From the NCBI GenBank assembly GCA_947628805.1, contig CANRBG010000002.1, positions 11,769 to 75,768 of the forward strand: a DNA stretch of 64,000 nt, written 5' to 3'. Below the pieces are notes generated by a model, which saw only the letters and a list, made by a program, of their open reading frames with translations, was not told where the DNA came from and did no database searches. Within the stretch, counting starts at the first letter, position 1; every line of letters begins with the position of its first letter. Position numbers and translations under genes: made by a program. Of the stretch, positions 56,199-64,000 are shown piece by piece. Source of the stretch: an uncultured Oscillospiraceae bacterium. GTDB lineage: Bacteria > Bacillota > Clostridia > Oscillospirales > Oscillospiraceae.

Positions 56199-56957
56199 TT
56201 GGCCACGACAGATCGCTACGGCGCAGCGAGAAAAAAGAAGAAAAAAAGCACGTTTTTCGCACCCCTGTCCTTTTTGCTGGTGCTGGTCGCTTTCGTGTTC
56301 GGCGTGGGTGTGTTCTTCCGGGTGCAGACCATCGAGGTGGTGGGCATGGAGAACTATACCCCCGAGGAGATCATCGAGGCCTCCGGCATCGACGAGGGCG
56401 ACAACCTGTTCTTCATCGACCGGGCCAGCGCGTCCAGCCGTATCTATTCCCGCCTGTCCCAGGTGGAGGATGCCAACGTGGAGCCTGTGCTGCCCAACCG
56501 GCTCATCATCCGGGTCCGGGAGAGCAGCGCGGTGGCCTACGTGGAGTGGGAGGGGACATACTGGGTGGTCACCGGTAACTGTAAGCTGCTCAAGACCGCC
56601 GGTCCCGACGAGCTGGCCGGACTGATCCATGTGCTGAACGTGACGCCCCAGGACCCGGAGGCCGGCAAGCCCATGAAGGTGGCGGAGGATGATAACCTGA
56701 AGCTGTCCTATCTGCAGGAGCTGCTGGGAGCCGTGGAGGAGCTGAACATGACCGGCGACGTGGACCAGCTGGACATGTCCAACCCCGCCAACCCCACCTT
56801 CCAGTACCAGGGGCGGTTCACCGTCCGCATGGGCTCCAACGACAATACGGACTATAAACTGCGCATGCTTCTCAGCGGCGTGCCCCAGCTCACCCCCCAG
56901 GAGACAGGCACCATAAATCTGTCCGACGGCGTTACAGTCCGCTTTACACCGGGCTGA
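56199..56957 (+). CDS. ftsQ: Cell division protein FtsQ/DivIB (POTRA domain)
   Basis: Basic N-terminus, one TM, POTRA segment (VQTIEVVGMENYTPEEIIEASGI). TTG start is uncertain. Confidence 0.8.
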   Translation: MATTDRYGAARKKKKKSTFFAPLSFLLVLVAFVFGVGVFFRVQTIEVVGMENYTPEEIIEASGIDEGDNLFFIDRASASSRIYSRLSQVEDANVEPVLPNRLIIRVRESSAVAYVEWEGTYWVVTGNCKLLKTAGPDELAGLIHVLNVTPQDPEAGKPMKVAEDDNLKLSYLQELLGAVEELNMTGDVDQLDMSNPANPTFQYQGRFTVRMGSNDNTDYKLRMLLSGVPQLTPQETGTINLSDGVTVRFTPG

Positions 56958-57012
56958 GAAAGGAAAAATGAAAATTTTTCCTCCGTTTGACATAATATTT
57001 TTAAATAAACTA

Positions 57013-57041
57013 TTGACCTGCGCGAAAATCCGTAATAAAAT
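57013..57041 (+). promoter_or_regulatory. Promoter upstream of ftsZ
   Basis: TTGACC, 17 nt spacer, TAAAAT, in an AT-rich 160-bp spacer. Confidence 0.55.
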
Positions 57042-57118
57042 GTAACATATGTAATTTGGGCGGAGCGTGCCTGTCTATTGACGTGTGCCCATATCGAAAT
57101 ACACGGGAGGCAAGAAAG

Positions 57119-58267
<1,149 letters not shown>

Positions 58268-58280
58268 ACAACACAAAATC

Positions 58281-58312
58281 AAGACCGGCATGGCGAGAGC
58301 CATGCCGGTCTT
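58281..58312. terminator. Bidirectional terminator between ftsZ and the convergent nucleotidyltransferase gene
   Basis: 14-bp stem aagaccggcatggc / gccatgccggtctt with a GAGA loop. Confidence 0.8.
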
Positions 58313-58315
58313 TGC

Positions 58316-59278
58316 TTACCTGTCTATATCCCGCTCCAGCTTGCGTGCCAGCTCCTCCAGGCGCCGGACGGCGGCCCGGTCCCCGTCCAGGGCCAGGGCG
58401 CACTGATCCGGCAGGGGCGCCAGATGGGCCCGGCCCCGGTCGCTTTGCACGGTGAGTCCGTCGGTAAAGTCTGCCCCGAACTCCGCCAAAGCTTCGCTCA
58501 TGGCCCGCATGAGCCGGGCCCGGTCCCGGCAGGGCACTACCCGCCGGGGAGACACGTCCGCTCCGGGCAGACGGTACAGCCCCGACAGAGCGTCCAGGTT
58601 GCACTGGTAGTACGCTTGGGGCGTGCCGATGTCGCACCAGTAGCCCTCCATCACCCGGCCCCGCATGGGCGCGCCCTCCCGCAGCAGCAGGGGGAACAGG
58701 TCCTTGGCAAAATCATAGGGCCGGTCCCGGGGGACCCGTGACAGAACGTCCGGACTCAGGGCGTAAATGCCCGTGCTGACCTGATCCGTGACCACCCGCT
58801 CCCAGGTGGGCTTTTCCAGAAAGCCGGTCACGTTCCCGTCCCGGTCCGTCAGTACCAGGCCGTAGGGGAGAGGCTCCGCCTGGGCCGCCAGGGCGATGGT
58901 GACGCCCGCCTGATGGTCCGCCAGCAGGGCCGCCAGGTCAAAGTCGCAGGCGCTGTCGCCGCTCATGACCAGGAATTTCTCGTCCTTTACAAAGTCCGCG
59001 CAGTTGGCCGCGGCCCCGGCGGTGCCCAGGGGCGCCGGCTCCTGGCGGTATTCGATACGCACGCCGAAGGCGGAGCCGTCCCGAAAGTGGTCCCGGATGA
59101 TCTGGGGCTCGTAGTGCAGGGTAAAGCACAGGCTGTCGAAGCCGTTTTCGCGCAGCAGCGCTACCGTCCGTTCCAGCAGAGGCACGCCCAGCAGAGGCAT
59201 CATGGGCTTGGGGAGCCCGCCGGATATGGCCCGCAGGCGCGTTCCCTCCCCGCCGGTGAGTACGACCGCTTTCATCAT
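58316..59278 (-). CDS. Sugar-1-phosphate nucleotidylyltransferase-family protein
   Basis: MKAVVLTGGEGTRLR...LPKPMMPL N-terminal NTP_transferase signature, with an extra ~90-aa C-terminal extension. Confidence 0.8.
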   Translation of the reverse strand: MMKAVVLTGGEGTRLRAISGGLPKPMMPLLGVPLLERTVALLRENGFDSLCFTLHYEPQIIRDHFRDGSAFGVRIEYRQEPAPLGTAGAAANCADFVKDEKFLVMSGDSACDFDLAALLADHQAGVTIALAAQAEPLPYGLVLTDRDGNVTGFLEKPTWERVVTDQVSTGIYALSPDVLSRVPRDRPYDFAKDLFPLLLREGAPMRGRVMEGYWCDIGTPQAYYQCNLDALSGLYRLPGADVSPRRVVPCRDRARLMRAMSEALAEFGADFTDGLTVQSDRGRAHLAPLPDQCALALDGDRAAVRRLEELARKLERDIDR

Positions 59279-59323
59279 TTCACCTCGCCTTTAGTATGCG
59301 GCCGACGGGGAGGAAAAATGTAA

Positions 59324-59352
59324 TTGTATTATTATGGCGTTTCTGCTATAAT
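59324..59352 (+). promoter_or_regulatory. Promoter for gdpP-rplI-dnaB-tilS
   Basis: TTGTAT, 17 nt spacer, TATAAT. Confidence 0.55.
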
Positions 59353-59383
59353 ATTGAAGAATATTATTTTGGAGCAGTATGCC

Positions 59384-61381
59384 ATGAATAAGATCGCCAA
59401 GAGATTGGGCGAGCCGGCGAGCCGGCTTTATATACTCTGTCTGGCCCTGTTCGCGGGGATCACGGCGGTGTTCTTTCGGGAATACTATCTGGCCGCCGGA
59501 GAGGCTGTCACGGCGGCGGTGCTCTTTATCGTGCACACGGGCCTGGCCCGGCGGCGCAAACGGGAGCTGATGGAGTATATCCAGTCCGTCACCTATGACT
59601 CCGAGGTGGCCAGGGACAACGCTATGCTGAACTTTCCCCTGCCCATGGCGGCTTTCTTCGCCGACTCGGGCAGGCTGGTGTGGGCTAACCAGGAGTTTTT
59701 CCAGATCTGCGGCCGGAAAGAGCCCAGCGTGGACGTGGCTATGACCGACCTGGTGCCGGATTTTCAGGGCAAGTGGGTCCTGGAGGGCAAGAGCCGCTGT
59801 CCGGGCTTGGTGGAGGTGAACGGACGCCGTTACCAGGTCCACGGCAACCTGGTCCGGGGCAAGGAGGGCGAGCAGGTCAGCGGCTCCATGGGCGTCACCT
59901 ACTGGGTGGATGTGACCGACTATGAGGACATCCGCCTGGAATACGCCGCCTCCCGTCCCGTTATCATGCTCATCATGATCGACAACTATGACGAGCTGAT
60001 GAAAAACGTGCCGGAGCGGACCAAAAACGACCTGCGCAACCAGCTGGAGGACTGTCTGGTCCAGTGGACCGAGGGGATGCGGGGCTTTTTGCGCCGGTAT
60101 GACCGGGACCGGTATATCTATCTGTGTGAGCGGCGGTACTTCGACAAGCTGGCCGAGGGCAAATTCACGGTTCTGGACCAGGTGCGGACCATCGTCAACA
60201 GCTCCGGTATCCACGCCACGGTCAGCCTGGGGGCGGGCCTGGACGGGGCCAGCCTGGAGGAGAATTTCAACTTTGCCTCCATGAGCGTGGAGATGGCCCT
60301 GAGCCGGGGCGGGGACCAGGTGGTGGTCCGCAACCGGATGAGCTTCGAGTTCTATGGCGGCCGGGCCACGGAGGTGGAGACCCGCACCAAGGTCAAGAGC
60401 CGGGTGGTGGCCAACGCCCTGGGGGCTTTCATCAAGGACGCCTCCACCACGTATATCATGGGCCACCGGTTCGCGGATATGGACGCGCTGGGCGCGGCGG
60501 TGGGCGTGTGCTGCATCGCCAGAAGCTACGGCAAGCGGGCCCGCATCGTCATGGGCAGCGCGCCCAATGCCTGCGACGCCATGATGGAGGAGCTGAAACG
60601 GCATAAGGAATACGAGGACGTGTTCGTCTCCCCCAAGGAGGCCATGCTCCAGGCCAACTCCAAGAGCCTCTTGGTGGTGGTGGACACAAACCGCCCGGAG
60701 CAGGTGGAGGACGAGGCCCTGCTGCAGACCATCAATAGGCTCGTGATCATCGACCACCACCGCCGGGCGGCCACCTATATCGAAAACGCCGCCCTGACTT
60801 TCCACGAGCCCTATGCCTCCTCCGCGTCGGAGCTGACGGTAGAGCTTTTGCAGGAGCTGGTGGAGCCGGAGAGCATCTCTCGGGTGGAGGCGGAGGCCCT
60901 GTTGGCCGGCATCGTCACCGATACCAAAAACTTCACCCTGCGCACCGGCGAGCGGACCTTTGAGGCGGCGGCGTTCCTGCGGCGGATGGGCGCGGATACC
61001 GTGGCTGTCAAGCGGATGCTGCAGAGCGATATGCAGCACACCGTCAGCCGCTACGCCATTTTGGAGCGGTCCATCGTATACCGGGACAACATCTGTCTCG
61101 CGGTCATGGATCACGAGGTGGACCGGGTGGTGGCGGCCCAGGCCGCCGATGAGATGCTGAACATCTCCGATGTGGAGGCCTCCGTGGTGCTCTATCCCAC
61201 GGCGGACGGCGGCGTGATCCTGTCCGCCCGGAGCATCGGCAGCCTGAACGTGCAGGTGCTGCTGGAAAAGCTGGGCGGCGGCGGCAATCAGTCCGCGGCC
61301 GGAGCGCAGATGCGAAATATATCGATCGAGGAGGCGGAGGCCCGTCTGAAAGCCGCCATCGACGAATATCTGGATATGTGA
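59384..61381 (+). CDS. gdpP: DHH/DHHA1 phosphodiesterase with N-terminal TM helices and degenerate GGDEF-like region (GdpP/YybT type c-di-AMP phosphodiesterase)
   Basis: Two TM helices, a PAS-like and GGDEF-like middle region, DHH motif (VIIDHHRR), DHHA1 (GGGGNQSAAGAQ). Conserved gdpP-rplI-dnaB synteny. Confidence 0.85.
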   Translation: MNKIAKRLGEPASRLYILCLALFAGITAVFFREYYLAAGEAVTAAVLFIVHTGLARRRKRELMEYIQSVTYDSEVARDNAMLNFPLPMAAFFADSGRLVWANQEFFQICGRKEPSVDVAMTDLVPDFQGKWVLEGKSRCPGLVEVNGRRYQVHGNLVRGKEGEQVSGSMGVTYWVDVTDYEDIRLEYAASRPVIMLIMIDNYDELMKNVPERTKNDLRNQLEDCLVQWTEGMRGFLRRYDRDRYIYLCERRYFDKLAEGKFTVLDQVRTIVNSSGIHATVSLGAGLDGASLEENFNFASMSVEMALSRGGDQVVVRNRMSFEFYGGRATEVETRTKVKSRVVANALGAFIKDASTTYIMGHRFADMDALGAAVGVCCIARSYGKRARIVMGSAPNACDAMMEELKRHKEYEDVFVSPKEAMLQANSKSLLVVVDTNRPEQVEDEALLQTINRLVIIDHHRRAATYIENAALTFHEPYASSASELTVELLQELVEPESISRVEAEALLAGIVTDTKNFTLRTGERTFEAAAFLRRMGADTVAVKRMLQSDMQHTVSRYAILERSIVYRDNICLAVMDHEVDRVVAAQAADEMLNISDVEASVVLYPTADGGVILSARSIGSLNVQVLLEKLGGGGNQSAAGAQMRNISIEEAEARLKAAIDEYLDM

Positions 61382-61397
61382 CAAGGGGGAGAAACAC

Positions 61398-61847
61398 ATG
61401 AAAGTCATTTTACAGCAGGATATCAGGGGTCAGGGCAAAAAGGGCGAGCTGAAAGAGGTCTCCGACGGCTACGGCCGCAACTATCTGCTGCCCCGGGGCC
61501 TGGCCGTGGAGGCCACGGCGGACAATCTCAACGCCATGCGCCTGAAGGACAAGGCCCGCCAGGCCCAGATCGCCAGGGAGAAGGCCCAAGCCCAGGAGTA
61601 CGCGGAAAAGCTGGGGGCGGTGGTGGTCCACGTGAAGGCCAAGGCCGGCGCCGGCGGGAAGCTGTTTGGCTCCGTCACCTCCAGCCAGATCGCCGAGGCC
61701 CTGGACGCCCAGCACGGCATCCATATCGAGAAGAACCAGATCGTCCAGTCCGAACCCATCAAGCAGTTCGGCACCTTCCAGGTCAAGTGCAAGCTGGGCT
61801 ATGAGATAGCCGGCACGATCCATGTGATGGTGACAGAGGAGAAATAA
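61398..61847 (+). CDS. rplI: 50S ribosomal protein L9
   Basis: MKVILQQDIRGQGKKGELKEVSDGYGRNYLLPRGLA is the canonical L9 N-terminus. Confidence 0.95.
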   Translation: MKVILQQDIRGQGKKGELKEVSDGYGRNYLLPRGLAVEATADNLNAMRLKDKARQAQIAREKAQAQEYAEKLGAVVVHVKAKAGAGGKLFGSVTSSQIAEALDAQHGIHIEKNQIVQSEPIKQFGTFQVKCKLGYEIAGTIHVMVTEEK

Positions 61848-61850
61848 CGG

Positions 61851-63200
61851 ATGGATGAGCTTTTGGGGCGCAAAGCGCCATATTCGCGGGACGCGGAGCA
61901 GTCGATCCTGGGCTCTATGCTCATCGATCCGGCCTGCATCCCCGATGTGGTGAACAGCGTCAAGGGAGCTGAATTCTATATCGACGACAACCGGGACATC
62001 TTCGAGACCATATTCGCCATGTTCAGCATGGGCGCGAAGGTGGACCCGGTCACGGTGCTGGATGAGATGCGCACCAGAGGCTGCCTGAAAGAGAACTCCC
62101 AGCAGTATCTGCTGGAGCTGATGGACGTGACGCCCACGGCGGCCCATGTGCTGAAATACTGCGAGATCGTCCGGGACCGGGCCTTGCTGCGGGCTCTGGG
62201 GGACTCGGCCACGGAGATCGAGGAGCAGGTCTACCAGCAAAACGGCCAGGGCCAGCAGGTACTGGAGCTGGCGGAGCGGAAGATCTATGCCCTGCGCAAG
62301 CAGAGCGTCACCGGCGGGCTGGTGCCCATGACCAACGTGCTGCAGGACGTGCTCAGTCAAATATCCCAGGCCGCCGCCGGGGGCAGTCAGCTGCCCGGCA
62401 TCTCCACGGGCCTGGCGGACATCGACGAGTGCCTGCAGGGTCTGGGAAACGGCGACTTTGTGCTGATCGCCTCCCGGCCCGGCATGGGCAAGACCAGTAT
62501 TGCCCTGAATATCGCCGTCAACGCCGCCAAGACCTCCGGCAAGACCGTGGCCATCTTCTCCCTGGAGATGAGCCGCCAGCAGCTTGTGCAGCGGATGCTC
62601 TCCTCCGAGAGCCACATCGACCTTTACCAGCTCAACCAGGGCCGGCTCAATTCCGACGAGTGGGGCAAGCTGGCCGAGGCCGCCGGCGTGCTCAGCAAGG
62701 TGGACATCCGTCTGGACGACAACCCCACCATGACCGTGGCGGAGATGGCCGCCCAGTGCCGGCGCATCGAAAATCTGGGCCTGGTGGTGGTGGATTATCT
62801 GCAGCTGATGCAGTCCGCCGGCAGCGGCAATACCTGGGCCAACGAGAGCCGTACCCAGGCCGTCAGCGACATCAGCCGCATGATGAAGGTCACCGCCAAG
62901 GAGCTGGGGGTGCCCCTGGTGTGCATGAGCCAGCTGAGCCGTGCCAACGAGGGCCGGCAGAACAAGCGGCCCATGCTCTCCGACCTGCGTGAGTCCGGCT
63001 CCATCGAGCAGGACGCGGACGCGGTCATCGGCCTTTACCGGGAGGGGTATTATGACCGAGAGTGCGAGGACCCCAACAGCGCGGAGGCCATTATTTTGAA
63101 AAACCGCCACGGCCGTGTAGGGACCGTGTATCTGCGGTGGCTGCCGGAGTACACAACCTATGTGAACGACGACCGCCGCCATGACGAAGATGGATATTGA
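61851..63200 (+). CDS. dnaB: Replicative DNA helicase (DnaB family)
   Basis: PYSRDAEQSILGSML N-domain; Walker A SRPGMGKTS; VVVDYLQLM; no intein. Confidence 0.95.
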   Translation: MDELLGRKAPYSRDAEQSILGSMLIDPACIPDVVNSVKGAEFYIDDNRDIFETIFAMFSMGAKVDPVTVLDEMRTRGCLKENSQQYLLELMDVTPTAAHVLKYCEIVRDRALLRALGDSATEIEEQVYQQNGQGQQVLELAERKIYALRKQSVTGGLVPMTNVLQDVLSQISQAAAGGSQLPGISTGLADIDECLQGLGNGDFVLIASRPGMGKTSIALNIAVNAAKTSGKTVAIFSLEMSRQQLVQRMLSSESHIDLYQLNQGRLNSDEWGKLAEAAGVLSKVDIRLDDNPTMTVAEMAAQCRRIENLGLVVVDYLQLMQSAGSGNTWANESRTQAVSDISRMMKVTAKELGVPLVCMSQLSRANEGRQNKRPMLSDLRESGSIEQDADAVIGLYREGYYDRECEDPNSAEAIILKNRHGRVGTVYLRWLPEYTTYVNDDRRHDEDGY

Positions 63201-64000
63201 TCTGCTGCCCCGGGACGGGCTTATTTTGTGCGCCGTGTCCGGCGGGGCGGACTCCATGTATCTTCTCTGCCGGCTCCGGGAGCTGGGCGTTCCCGTGGCG
63301 GCGGCCCACTTCGACCACGGCCTGCGGGGGGACGAGTCCCGCCGGGACGCGGTTTTCGTGGCGGATTTTTGCGAGAAGAACGCCATTTCCTTTCTCATGG
63401 AAAGAGGGGATGTGGCCGCCTTTGCCGCCCGGGAGAAGCTGGGAATAGAGGCGGCGGCCCGGACGATGCGGTACGCCTTTTTGGAGCGGGCGGCGGATGA
63501 ACTGGGGGCGGCGGCCATCGCCACGGCCCACACCGCCGACGACAACGCCGAGACGGTGCTGCTGCGTCTGGCCCGGGGGACCGGCCTGAAAGGTTTGGGC
63601 GGCATCCCGCCTGTCCGGGGTCGGGTGGTCCGGCCCATGCTGGACGTGACGGAAAAAGAGGTCCGGGCCTGGCTGGCGGAAAAGGGGATACCCTGGGTGG
63701 AGGACTCCACCAACGCTTCCGGCGCCTATGCCCGCAACCGGGTGCGGCAGGGGGCCGTGCCGGTGCTGGAGACGGTCAATCCCGCCTTTGCCCGGGCCGT
63801 GGGCCGGACGGCGGCCCTTGTCCGGGCCGACGAGGCCTTTTTGGAAAAGCTGGCCCGGGACTTTCTGGCGGAGCACGCGGATGAAAATGGGGTGGAGGCT
63901 GCCTCGCTGGCGGCCCAGCCCTGGCCGGTGGCATCCCGGGCGGTGCGGCTGCTGGCCGGACGGGATCTGGCGGCGGAGCACGTCCGGGCCATATTGAAAG
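63181..64000 (+). CDS. tilS: tRNA(Ile)-lysidine synthase, 3' end outside window (not in the supplied ORF track)
   Basis: Hand translation of the frame from ATG 63181: MTKMDIDLLPRDGLILCAVSGGADSMYLL...AAHFDHGLRG...ATAHTADDNAETVLLRL...RPML...EDSTN. This gives the PP-loop SGGxDS and TilS motifs, with no stop before the window end. Overlaps the dnaB stop by 20 nt (11 nt if ATG 63190 is used). Confidence 0.85.
   Translation, partial: MTKMDIDLLPRDGLILCAVSGGADSMYLLCRLRELGVPVAAAHFDHGLRGDESRRDAVFVADFCEKNAISFLMERGDVAAFAAREKLGIEAAARTMRYAFLERAADELGAAAIATAHTADDNAETVLLRLARGTGLKGLGGIPPVRGRVVRPMLDVTEKEVRAWLAEKGIPWVEDSTNASGAYARNRVRQGAVPVLETVNPAFARAVGRTAALVRADEAFLEKLARDFLAEHADENGVEAASLAAQPWPVASRAVRLLAGRDLAAEHVRAILK

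Noticed and set aside
56960-56981. AT-rich hairpin AGGAAAAAT-GAAA-ATTTTTCCT after ftsQ as a terminator
   Set aside because: The stem is almost entirely A:T and no U-run follows, so it is too weak to call.
59291-63713. 705-aa and 767-aa minus-strand ORFs (59291-61408 and 61410-63713)
   Set aside because: They are antisense to gdpP, rplI, dnaB and tilS, all of which have unambiguous motifs. This is a GC-bias artefact.

Overview
High-GC (roughly 60-65% by eye) chromosomal segment with Firmicutes/Clostridia gene order, possibly an Oscillospiraceae-like gut anaerobe; I cannot confirm the taxon without a database search. Most of the window is core housekeeping. It holds an rplU-rpmA-obg-asnB string, ackA, prfA, a complete dcw cell-division cluster (mraZ to ftsZ), gdpP-rplI-dnaB-tilS, an opp peptide-uptake operon, a T-box-controlled metNIQ operon and a glycine-riboswitch-controlled amino-acid symporter pair. 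The accessory pockets are: (i) a >2,500-aa, 5'-truncated surface adhesin of about 21 tandem CnaB/SpaA-type modules, followed by a GT2-TPR glycosyltransferase; (ii) a second wall-anchored protein with a 24-bp x12 PEPTPTPT repeat and a similar unusual xxxTGDE sorting signal; (iii) an ECF sigma/anti-sigma pair; (iv) a decayed prophage at tRNA-Gln. The prophage remnant keeps only an integrase fragment plus an intact, self-promoted two-gene module: a BppU / Ala-heptad / collagen tail-fibre-like protein and a CBM5/12-like partner. I see no CRISPR array, no rRNA and no recognisable multi-gene defence system. The candidates most worth follow-up are the orphan fibre module, the adhesin with its sorting signal, a TsaC-CoaE fusion, a phosphoglycosyl transferase translationally coupled to oppF, and tandem orphan terminators (possible sRNA) upstream of mraZ. 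All calls come from reading the sequence and ORF translations. No searches or folding computations were run, and start codons are best guesses from RBS context.
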